Source of the DNA: Magallana gigas
Taxonomy: Eukaryota
NCBI RefSeq assembly: GCF_963853765.1
Contig: NC_088854.1
Location: forward strand, 7,440,001 to 7,504,000
Length of the DNA stretch: 64,000 nucleotides
Direction of reading: 5' to 3'
Position numbers and translations under genes: made by a program. The notes under the pieces are model-generated. The model saw only the letters and a list, made by a program, of their open reading frames with translations, made no database searches and was not told the origin of the DNA. This document shows positions 1 through 11,668 of this stretch, piece by piece (positions within the stretch are counted from its first letter, which is position 1; every line of letters begins with the position of its first letter).

Positions 1-39
1 AGTCGTTCACCGGCAGAAGACTGACTAAGAATGATAGGG

Positions 40-180
40 TGGCTGTATATATACCCTGCAAGTTCTCACTGATTGGTCTAATCATGCATCATTTCTATTG
101 GGTATACTGATTATCACTGATTGGTCAAAAATGGAGGCAAATGATTGGTTAAACACAGGATACATTTCAATCCGGAAGTA
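40..180 (-). promoter_or_regulatory. CCAAT x4 + TATA promoter-like module facing out of the window (possibly the LTR/pLTR of an element lying mostly upstream)
   Basis: Four ATTGG motifs (CCAAT on -) at ~72, 97, 120 and 144, spaced ~24 bp. TATATATA at 46-53. CCGGAAGT ETS-like motif at ~173-180. The transcribed unit is not visible. Confidence 0.4.
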
Positions 181-1095
181 AAATCATTACAATATGAAGA
201 GAGCTTAATGGTTGTCACCATTTTAATACTATGTTGATATGCTGAAGAAGAAGAGTTTTGTATAACAATCAGGCTAAACTTTCAATTTTTAAAGAAATAA
301 TTTATGGAATTTCTCTTTACTGAATGATATTTTGTCGCTCATAACGTACTGCTGTCACTTTAAGTAATAATTTTCATGTTGAAATTCTTTTTTACAAAAA
401 TGTGTTTTCCTTCTCAAATGACAAAAGAAAATCATGGTTTTAAATTTCTGTAAGCTGTATTTTGGGGGAAGAGCCGTTTAGAAGCTTTTATTGAAACAAA
501 GTTGATTTATAGTCTGGCCTGTACAAAATTTGATTTGATACGTATTCCTTATAACATAACTCTTTCTTCTGTCAAAAGTTCATGAATTTTTCAAACTTTA
601 TTTACCATAAAAGTTTAAAGTTACATGCAGACTTATCATATAAGCAGGTTTCTGCAGCAAAATAAAATTCTAAGAAATACAGCTCATATTGCTTTAAATA
701 CAATCCCACAGTTTAACATATAATATTAGTTAATATTAGTGACGGATGTAAGAACTTTTTTCTAACTACGTTTCTGGGAAACAGGGTTTTGATATCTTGA
801 CAATGCGAGGTCTGAATAATACAAATCTTACGACAGTCACTTTACAAGTTACCGAATACTAATTAAAACGAATTCAATTCGCTCTTTGATCACTTTTTCA
901 TAACATAAGCTGCAAAGACGAATTTTCAAGAAAAAGCCGGGTGTCCATATTACGATATCTTGACAACGCATTACCCTATTTTAAGACAAATTGCAGTTTC
1001 AATGTATCTCATTGTAAACATACAAGGCATGAATTGTGATTTTGTAATTAGACAAACTTTTAAAATAGTTTCTACTGTATTTCATTCTGTTTCAG

Positions 1096-4000
1096 GATTT
1101 TTCTTTGGCTCTAGTCTATTGGATTGGGAGTCGGCACGTATCGACTGTGAGCGAAGGGGAATGCGATTAGTCTGCCTGAAGAACCTTACCATGTATGAAG
1201 CTGCCAAGTCCTACCTACAAGAAACACTGGTCAGGTAAACCCTTGGTGTGCAATCTACTTAGACAACCAAAGCAGCGAAACTACATTAGTGAGTCGATTT
1301 TATTCCTTATTGTACGACAGCTATCTGATCATCTCTAAGTCAGTGTAAATTTGTGCAAATATAGTAAGGAGTATACCTGTATTGTACATGATGTCATATT
1401 GTAAAATTAAAAGTTTAAAAGATTACCCTACCACTGATAAATTAAAAACATTGCACACTATCTCCAGTTAAATTAAGCAATGGTCATCTCACCTAACTGT
1501 GGGTTCATCTATGACAAGACTATCATCATGCGGTCTGGTAGCTTGAACTCCTGGCAAGATTCTCCGTTGTACGGATATGAATGCCAAATATTTGATGCAA
1601 AAAAGAGTGAACATTGAAACACAGACTTATAAGAAACGTGGGGACGAGTCTACATGTATAAGTGATGTTCGAATAGCCCGGAAAGTTGGTTCCAGACCGT
1701 TTTCTAACTAAAACAATCACACTGTCAAACCTCGAAATTTTCTTTTTTTAATTTGGGAATATGCATTCAAATTATACATGTTCATGTAGTTTTATACCTT
1801 TCGGGCTGGTCGACAAACGTAGTTGCTTACAATTTCTTTTCCTAAAGCACTTTGTTGCAATCACAATCTTTTTTATCATGATGATAGTCCGTAGTAGGCC
1901 GTAATATTGCTATATGTAAAATATACTAAATGACTAAATTACTAAAATAATAACGTTTAAAGTAGCATGGTCCCGATTTTGGTCAAATACTATTTTTCCA
2001 TCATTATTATCTACAATGCTTCAAGAATGCACTTCTAATGATCAAATAAAATTTGAGAGTCACTATTAGGGTTAGATACAGGGCCCAAAATTCTTTGTTA
2101 CGTAAACAAAGCTCGTACCCTGTTTTTGTTAACAAAGATTCTATATACCAGTAAACAAATCTTTTCCAAGCTGATTTCAGGCAAAATAATTAGTTCGATA
2201 CGTTTAACATATCTATTTTGGTCTAAAACTGGAATTTTTACTTCAACATACAGAATGTAAACAAAATCTTTTTTGGATAGCAAAGAATTGTAAGATCTGT
2301 AATTCGCTTATAACTCAACGAACGAGGCTTAAATTGTGGTTGCCTATTAAAATTTTAAAAACTTTCTGAATAGGATATGAAATTATTGATAACTTTACTT
2401 AGAATACATGTACTTTTTTTATCTGTTCCGGTGTGCCTTCCTTGCCATTCCTTTGACGATTTTCCCCCACTATACCATTGTCCTTTCCGATATATTTCAC
2501 TTTATCAAATAAAAGATACAACATGACTCATGTTGTATTTTTTATTTGATAAAATGAAATATATCGGAAAGGACACTATGCTGACTCTTTATACCTACGG
2601 CGAAAGGTTCACTCGGTTATGCTTTTCATCAGACTCAGTGCCAACTACTTTTTGAAATTTAAAAAAAAGAATCGCAACAGAGAAAAGAACAACTTGCTAT
2701 CGAGTTTTCAACACAATAGAATAAAACAAAGGGATTATTCAAATAATGCATAAGATTAAAGACAAAATAACATGATCACCAATCACTGAAAGTTGTTCTC
2801 AGAGAGTACAGTGAAATTAAAATTGCTTTATTGGTTTTACAATTGTTTTCGCATATATATATATATATATATATATAAAAGGAAAATTACAAAAGAGGAG
2901 CAGAGCAAACACGGACCTCTAAAAATTTAGATGCGGACGGATATACACTGTAAACCACAAATACAAATTTCAAGAATTTTTAGATTTAAAAAAATCAATG
3001 AAATGTTACGGTTGTGAAATCATAACTTAAAATAACACAACAGTAGAGAAATGAATCAAGCATAATTATGTTGGTGATTTTTTTTTCGAGTATAATGTAG
3101 TGTCGAGCGACGCAAAGAAAGGACTAAATTAAATGACATGAAGGAAGTTTAACAACATAGTATATGTTTCACACGAGAAATTAAATTCTTTTAGATTCAA
3201 TCTATATTTGTTTATTAATAAAAAAATTATCTTTATCAACTTTTACCGACCTCACTGAAGATGATCTAAATAGACAAGGAAGGAACAATGTAAAAACGGA
3301 TTGTCAACCGTCAACAAAATATATTCCCGGAATGCCAATACTGCTCAGAAAATTACAATGATAGGTTTTGTGAGAGTTAATTATATGTATTTTAAGTTAA
3401 TTTTAGTATTGTAAATTAACTTGCTTTGATAACGACACATATTTACAGAGAAGATGAAATATGTGCAATCATAATTAAAGATTCAAAAGAAGGTTAATTT
3501 TCACCACAGCTTCTTTTTAAACCAGACCCTGGTTTAAATTTATTGTTAAAATATTGAATGATTGTGGTCTGTCTTTTATTTTGTATCAACAAAATGTAAA
3601 TATCCAGTGGCTTAAGAAAACTGTTTTTCATATACTTCTAGACCAATTCAAGCAGTCATGGAATAGTGAAATGTTAAATTCATCAAAAGGTATTAACTAT
3701 AGAATTTTTAAAACCACATTATCCTTGGAAAAATACTTATTAGATCTGCCTTCCAAATATCAGAAATCTTTTTGTACTTTTAGAACAAGTAATGCTAAAT
3801 TGCCTATAGAACGAGGTAGATGGTGTGATATACCTCGTGAAAACCGTATATGTACCATATGTAACGGTATTGAAATAGGAGATGAATTTCATTATTTTTT
3901 TTCATTGTACAGATATAACAATTAAAGATAAGAGAGTTTTATACATACCTTCATACTTCTACACACAACCAAATGTTTACAAATTTCAACAACTCTTCAA

Positions 4001-5729
4001 TACTAATAATAAAAAATTGTTGATTAATCTGTGTAAATTCATTAAAGTTATAATTGAGAGAGTTAGCTCTCTAGGTTAATTGCTAAATTTAAATCATATT
4101 TTTTTTCCTTTTTCCTTTTTTTCACTTTTGTATTGTCACTCCAATGCATGCAATGTATCTATTATATGTATTATTGTCCAATTTTTTTGTGATTTTTCTC
4201 AACACTGTAACTTATGCAGTTCAGAGAATAAAGAAATTGTCATTGTCATTGTAATAATTTTGTTAATTCCAAATATTTTCTCCGACAAACATACCTGCAT
4301 CCAGTGACTTAATTAAGCAAATTCCAAGTATAAAGCCTCTGTAAGGTTTGGTAATTTTCACATTGACAACATGTTATTGGGTGATAGATAGGAAAATGCA
4401 ACAAACGTTTAATATTTGTCAAAAATATTTGAGAAACAAATTGGAACAAACCTTTGTATGTTAAATAAGTATTCAGAGAAAACAGATCAGGTTTATTTCT
4501 AAAATGTTACTTTGTTTGTCTTTAGTAAAGATTCAAAAGCTGGGTTTATTTGACCTGCATTTGAAGAAAATATCATTGTATGTGTTACATGTTATTAAAT
4601 GTTCTTAGAAGCATTTTCTAGTTTTTGGGAGTTGATTTTAATCAACTCTCCTATGCACTTACTCGGGCAAAGCGAAAGTGAAACAGTGTTTGGACCTAAG
4701 CACAAATCAATACCGCTGACAACACTTAGTTCTTGAAAATAATCGATAAATTTGATATGCTATGTATTCTGAAGCATTGTTTCTCAAGAAAACTTATTTA
4801 TTAATACCATGCAAATAATAAGATTCTAAATTGTACAAACGGTTTAGATATTTTTTAAAGTCGTATGTAATCCTACGCTAGAGTTCAATGTAGTCTCGTT
4901 CAACCAGACGCTTGGCTGTCTCCGTTAATATCAGACAAAACTCTTGAGTCTCTCTTGCTTGTCGGAGATAAACGGAGACAGCCGAGCGTTTGGTTGAACA
5001 AGACAAGAGTTCAATCTTGCCTGGATCCATATAATTTCTCAGGAATATTTCGATTACTGATACTACCGGCCATGCAAAATCACATAGTTGATTTAGAATG
5101 AATGATAATCAATAAAATCAACTCCCGTCAGTACTTCAGTACTTTGATTCATTTCTGTTTTGAAGTCAGGATATCAGCTTGTAAGAGTATCATAGCATAT
5201 GATTAATTGGTATTTTAAATTAGGAAAATATCATTTCTATGCTTTTCAAATAATTTGCTTGCTAAAATTCATTCCTTGAAAAGGCTTTTATTGATTCATA
5301 TTGGGATTCTTTCAACCTAAGATGCAGCTATGTTTTTCAAATATCTATTCTTTGCTGATTATGACAAAATTATTATTGAAACAATAATTTAGACACTGTC
5401 CCATGAACCTTAGACCAATTTGTTAGGTATCAGAAAAATGAGAAAACTATTGGTTGGCTGTGTGCTTGTACACTTTGCAAAGTAGGTAAATCTTGTTGTT
5501 GCTTTTCTCAGTTTATCTTCTGACGTGTGGATAGGACTCCGCACATACTCCACCTCTCCACCTTATGTCTACCAACATGTTGACAACGAGTCTGCTGATT
5601 TTTTCGCATGGAACCCCAATACTAACGAGCCCGATAACCAGGACGTGTCTTTTTGCATCAGACTATTTAAAACTCCACTGACCTACGGGACGAAGAGATG
5701 CTATTTTGAACATCACTTCTTATGCGAAG

Positions 5730-5791
<62 letters not shown>

Positions 5792-8518
5792 GGAGGGTGG
5801 TTATGCAATATCAACGGCGTCGACGTCCAAACCAGGTTAAAGGTTTTGGAGCAGGTCCTTAATATAAGTTATAACTTGTCCTTCCTTCGCCAATGTTGCA
5901 TAGATGGCGCAACAAAACCTACTTATCGACCTTAAAGACTTTGATGCTGAATTTCGATCATGGATTTTCGATGCTGGAGGAGATTAAGGTTTTTGGAGCA
6001 AATTGAAGTTTTGTTTGGCGCATTTGTCCTTTGCTTGCATTTTCTACGTTACCACAGGTACTTTCTTTACCAAACTTGCATGGATTGTGTGTTTAAGATG
6101 CTTATGCATTTGACAGGCTTGAATGCTGAGCCATAGGTTTTATATGCTGGAGGAGGTTTAAGATTTTGGAGCAGGGTAAAGTTTCTGGAGCAGGTGCTCT
6201 GTGATGGCCATAGCTTGGCTATTACGCTTTATATCTTCACCAAACGTTCATTCCTGATACATATTGATACTAATACAATTTTTAAAACATGCTTGAATGC
6301 TGAATAGTTTATTTTTGGATGAGGTTAAGGTTTTTGGAGCAATTTATAGATTTTTAGTGGTTGCCCTTTGATAGACAAATCTTAGTTATTATTGGTTTCA
6401 TCTCTACTATATTTACAGAGATGATGCATCTTTTTATATGTTCAATGAATGCTGAATCTGAGCCACAGGCTTCGGATGTTGGAGGAGGTTAAAGTTTGTA
6501 GTGCAGGTCACAAGTGTATGTAAATGATAGTTCTTACTTATTCAAACTTGCATGTAAATAATTTAAATCCAGAGGTAGCTTCAGATTTGGATATAGAGTT
6601 ATCTTTATCATCTAGATTCTAAGACAAGTTTAAGATTTTTGAATAACTAATATTTTGTTTGGGTCTTGGAGTTAATTACAAAATAAAATGAATACTGTCC
6701 TTAATCTAGGCAGACTTAAGTAGGTAATATAACTATGGGTGTGTAAATAGAGATGACTTCATATACACAACTTCATTTCGATTATCTTGATGCTTGAGCA
6801 GGTATAAGTTTTTTGAGTAGTTAAATGCAGGTTTGAATGTTGGAAAAATGCTGTTCTGACCAACATTCATTGTTCATGTAACTTATGATTTAAAACATAA
6901 AGCTAGATTCAGATACAGTGCCTGATCTCTTTTATGCTAAGAATACTTTGCCCTTTCTCACTCAATCTTGTTTAAAAAACGTTATTGTTGATATATCATG
7001 ATTCCCTCTCCTGTGATATTGAATCAAATAGTATAGTATGATATGATATTTTATGGCAAGATGTCTAAGGGATTTTTCTAACAAGAAAGTCAGACGCCAC
7101 TGAAATGCAAATGTGAACTCTGAATCGTTGCAGTTACTTTTAAAAAGGCCCGGAAAAATTAAACACTATTTCATCTTTATCATATAATGTAACTAATGAT
7201 TATGCCATGTTTTCCTGTTTGATCAATCACATTTAACGTGGTGACGTAAATTTACCAAATCAAGATAATTTCCCAATTTCATGATGATGATACTTCTGTA
7301 CCATGGTAATTTTATGCTGCGCTTACCCGGCGGACGCACCGTTAATTATATCATATTACAATTATCATATCTAAACTGATTTAGATGTGCCCATAAATGG
7401 CAATTGGTCGGAATGGACCACGTGGTCTGCTTGCAGTGTCACCTCTGGTGACGGATCTCAGTCTCGATTTCGATCCTGTGATTCTCCACCCCCGTCTAAC
7501 GGCGGCACGGATTGCATGGGAGTAAATACCGAGGACAAATTTTGTAATATTGTCGTTCCAGGTATGGTCTTCACAATTAAATAATTGATATTTGTGAATA
7601 TTTTATAAATGTAATGGCAGTTTCATCCTAAGCCTCAACAATTACTTTGTTTACAGAGACTTCTATACGAAAATAATTCTAAGATGGAGGATGTCTAATT
7701 AGTTTGGTGTAACAATTTTTTTTTAAAATGACATTGGAAAATAACTGGGTTTTTGTTCAGTCTTAAAACTGTACATACTAATACCTATCTGGAATGATCC
7801 TTTCTCTCTCAGAAAAAACGAGAACAATTCATAAAGTCTATTTTCACTATTTTACATACATAATTTCTTAAAGTTGACGGAGTTTGGTCAGCATGGAGTG
7901 AATGGTCGAACTGCAAACTTGTCCAGTGTGGGGTTGGAAATCGAACGCGCTCCAGGTCATGTGACTCTCCTCCGCCGTCAGGTGGCGGAAAAGATTGTGA
8001 AGGGGAGCCAGAGGGGAGCGAGGGATGTGATACACTGGTCTGTTCATCAGAAGAATGTAAGAATTATTGCAAATACATGTAATATAATAATTCGTTTATT
8101 ATCCTTCTATGAATGAAGTTGACCAAGGTTCTTTTTAACTGATCTATTTGGTTATGCCCAAGTAACAACTTTTGTATTTCATTTGCAACGAATCTAACAC
8201 ATACATATTTTTGGTGAGACTGCAATTTGATCTGATAAATGCATTTTAATTTCTCTAGATTTTACATGTGTTTCTTTCAAAGAAGATACTTCGGTTTCTC
8301 TGGGGGAAAAAATTGATAATATCACCAAAACACTGGCTGTGAATAAGAGCATCCTTTCGTCGGAAGTTCGCAAAAAGACATGCGCACAGGACCCGCGACC
8401 GTCATCGAAGTACTTGGGATTAGTGGCCATTATATTTCTTGGAATGTACTTTATACTGCTCCTGCTTGTCGACTTTTCTTCATTTCTGAGATGGGCTGTT
8501 GAAAAATGCGGAGCGTAA
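1096..8518 (+). CDS. Membrane protein: C-type lectin domain + two thrombospondin type-1 repeats + juxtamembrane motif + C-terminal TM helix (5' exon not identified)
   Basis: Phase-consistent exons 1096-1234, 5512-5729, 7385-7561, 7874-8056 and 8259-8518 (TAA). CTL: DWESARIDC..., VWIGL, EPD, C..C..FLCE. TSP1: [11 protein letters not shown] and [10 protein letters not shown]...RTRSRSC. Hydrophobic segment [19 protein letters not shown]. Confidence 0.85.
2479..2576. mobile_element. 98-bp near-perfect palindrome (hairpin MITE-like)
   Basis: Left arm TGTCCTTTCCGATATATTTCACTTTATCAAATAAAAGATACAACATGA is the near-exact reverse complement of the right arm ending ...ATATATCGGAAAGGACA. Confidence 0.65.
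3540..4255 (+). mobile_element. 5'-truncated non-LTR retrotransposon 3' end (RTE-X-like ORF2 C-terminus), frameshifted
   Basis: ORFs 3554-3925 and 3882-4079 join across a T-run frameshift (~3894-3902): [48 protein letters not shown] is followed by an (ATTGTC)n tail at ~4228-4254. Clade assignment is from memory of motifs. Confidence 0.75.
4891..5006. mobile_element. Academ(H)-like non-autonomous MITE
   Basis: TIR TAGTCTCGTTCAACCAGACGCTTGGCTGTCTCCGTT with its degenerate reverse complement. Flanking direct repeat GAGTTCAAT(G/C) at 4881-4890 and 5007-5016 (9-10 bp TSD). TAG terminus. Confidence 0.65.
5732..5788. repeat. (CT)n(CA)n compound microsatellite at the exon/intron border
   Basis: Direct inspection. 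Confidence 0.95.
5800..6900 (+). mobile_element. Decayed Helentron-like non-autonomous element with a ~165-bp degenerate tandem unit
   Basis: Motif GGTTAAGGTTTTTGGAGCA recurs at ~5835, 5983, 6156, 6323 and 6488. CGGCGTCGACGTC lies near the 5' end. Boundaries are approximate. Confidence 0.5.
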
Positions 8519-9057
8519 TACAAATGCTGTCAAAAGTCTTCTCTACAGTTCCTAGCTATTAAACTTTTGACATTCTCCTTATTTCTGAAGAACTAATATT
8601 GTTCAATATGAAGTTAAAAATACCAAGCTCTCCACCATTGTACATATCACAGTGTATACCCCCCCCCCCCCCCCCCCAGGCTTATGATCAAATATTGTAA
8701 AATTTGAAATTTTTCGATTTGCCTTTATACTTTGATTTGGTGTTAATGTTCAGGAATACTCAATTTGATCTTAATAATAAAAGTGTGATTTTTAATTTTT
8801 GTTTTAAGTTCATTCACATTTCGTATTATTTATGTAATCTTTAAATCGGATATGATACTCTCCCCATGAAATTTTTAGTGCTATATTTTATCTTGAGCGT
8901 ATTGCAAAATGAAATTTAGTAATACACTTTTTCCATGTAATCTTTGATACACTGGCCATTTTCTAAAACAACATTTAGTGTTCTACATGGACAATAAATT
9001 GAAATCTCAAAAATAAAGAATAAAAATAAATGTAGCAAAGAACATATTTTTAGAAAT

Positions 9058-9840
9058 AAGAATGCGTCTTTTTAACCCCAGTGAACCCCAATGATACCCC
9101 AATGAACCCCATTATACCACGTATGTTCATTATTGGTACACTTAGTGAATTTTTTGTACCAACATGTTAAACAAATGAATTAAATTTCAACTACGCCGCG
9201 TTTTGTCACCGATTGATTACCCAGTGAACCCATTAATATCAAATTTCGTTGATACCCTCAACGAACCACAATAAACTTGAAATAAGCTCTGTTCAATGAT
9301 TCATTCACCGATGAATATTAATTTTCCAAATGATACAGAAATAAATCTCATTCATCCAAGAATATACATGTACTTTACATACTAGTACTATACATGTACA
9401 TGTACTCAATCAGACTCCGATTAACATTAACTTACCAATGATACCGTATTTTAGCTGTAATTATACCTAAGTAAGCCACAAAGATACTTTGATGAACACC
9501 AATAATACCTAGGTATTATTTGAAGGCATACTTTTTACCCCCCTACCCTTCAACAAAGTTTTTTTTGGGGAGAAGGGCGGGGGGGGGGGGTTACAGGAGT
9601 CACATTGTCCATCCGTCTGTCTACATACAAACATTGCTTATAACCTGAATGTGTGCCATGAACTTATCATTGGGGTATTTCAAAGTTCATTGGGGTATCA
9701 TTGGGTATCATAAGGTATCATTTGGGTTCATTGAGTATCATTGGGGTTCATTGATGTATCATTAAGATTCATTGGGGTATCATTTGAGGTTTCATTGGGG
9801 TTCATTGGGGTATCATTGGGGTAAAAAGACGCACCGTTCT
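9058..9840. mobile_element. Foldback-type non-autonomous DNA transposon with 10-bp subrepeats
   Basis: The left end TGCGTCTTTTTAACCCCAGTGAACCCCAATGATACCCC mirrors the right end GGGGTATCATTGGGGTAAAAAGACGCACCG. The 10-bp CATTGGGGT(A/T) arrays lie in opposite orientation. No TSD resolved. Confidence 0.65.
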
Positions 9841-11668
9841 GAGGATATTTAAAAAACCAAAACAATAACTATAAGACAATGCTAAAATACAAAATAAAAC
9901 TTATCAAAATGTTAAAATAGTTGATCTACCTTGAGAGACAGTTTTACTCAACTATGTAAATCGAATAAGTGAAGCGCATGGGTTATTTTTTTTTATTGAA
10001 TTGAACAATCGAAACAATTGCACAAAAGGAAAATATTTTTAAAATCAGTGATCAATGAAAAAATACCAACAAAACACTGTTATGACATAAAATTCCCTTT
10101 ACACAGAAATTTAATGTGAATGTTCTGGTTTATCATCAAGTGGGACCGATTCTTAATTAATCGTAAGAGTTGAAGACTACCAGCAAATAGCAACACAGGG
10201 AAGTGCATCTCGAGAGGCTACACACCGTAAATATCTCCTTTTTTTATTTTGTTTATTGACGAACATTGTGTCCAAGTTTACAATATTTATTCGCGTTTAA
10301 ACAATAGAGAACTAGTACTTTATTGATTAACGTTTATTTAAGAACGTTCACCAAAGGACACCATTCTAAGATATAGATAGGAAATCACGCACCTAAACAA
10401 CGTACCCACTTTTGACACCGTAATCCTTATTAACCTATTGACAAGGGCTGAACAAAACTCGAAGATTAAGGGCAAACTAAGCAGTATTTATTGCTAGTTA
10501 TAACTAGATATAATTGTATTAGTGCCAAAATTTGGGATACTTATATAATTAACTTTTTCTATTTATAGTTTTAATGGATTCTAACGATAGAATTAATGTG
10601 GGTTAAATAATATGAGCATCTTATTCATGTGTAAAATGCATTTACCAAAAATTAAGTATTTCAAGTAATATTATCTAATGAGAAATTCTTCATGACTCAT
10701 TGAAGTATTTGCATGGGAAAGATACGATTATCAACCTGTGTATTTGAATATTTTCTTTCTTTGCAATAGGGAGGGGTTTTTGATCAAAGTTTGTTTTGCA
10801 AAACTTGCATTTGGTTGTAAAACTTCTTTATCACACAGCGTTATCATGTCTATTGATTATGAACTGTTTTGACTTTATCAACCCAATGACCACGCTGTAT
10901 ATGCACATCACATCAGATAAACTGAGCGCATTATGTATGCCTTGTGTCCGGTTTCTCTTCATTTTAGAATTGCTTTACAGAACAATACACGAACAAAGAA
11001 TGATTTCAAGCTCAATACGACGATTCACTTTTCACTTGAGAAGAAATTATGTCGATTTGTTTTAAATTTATTTGATTATTTCATATTTGACATAAGAAAT
11101 CAGTGTGTAGTAAAGTTGAAATAAATTATATGAAATATAATTCAACGTGGAAGTTACAAACGACAATGATTCACTATTACCATTACGCCATGGAAGGCAT
11201 TAAACAAATGTAGATCCTCTTCGGTCATTACCAGCAATGAAACTGGTAGTTTCACATATTAACTCCACATTTAAAATAAACCATAATTATTAAGGCCACA
11301 GTGTGTGAAATCTGGCAGGATTTAAACAACGCTTGACACGGTGAGATCGCAACGTTAATTTCATAATTAGTAAATATTTTAAAGATGATAATTTTATTTA
11401 TTTCCTTCAGATATTTGAAATGATATGTGTATTTTTATCATATACATTTCATATAAAGAATGTAAATTTAATGTTAATACATTTATTGTACGCCTGCTGT
11501 GTGTTAATTACTATAGAGAACGCTATATTAGATGAATAATAGGAAATATTTTAAAATTAAAATAAAAAGGTTGTAGTCTTTGCTTGTTACTTACATGTAC
11601 TTCTTGTTTTAATCAATCCTGGTGAGTTAAAAACCCGAAACATTTTCACTTCTTTTACAGACATCAAC

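Noticed and set aside
190-1095. Search for the signal-peptide exon of the lectin/TSP1 gene
   Set aside because: Nearby ATGs (~202, ~208) hit stops within a few codons. No phase-1 donor exon could be supported, so the first exon is probably outside the window.
8194-8523. 109-aa minus-strand ORF
   Set aside because: Antisense shadow of the terminal exon of the lectin/TSP1 gene.
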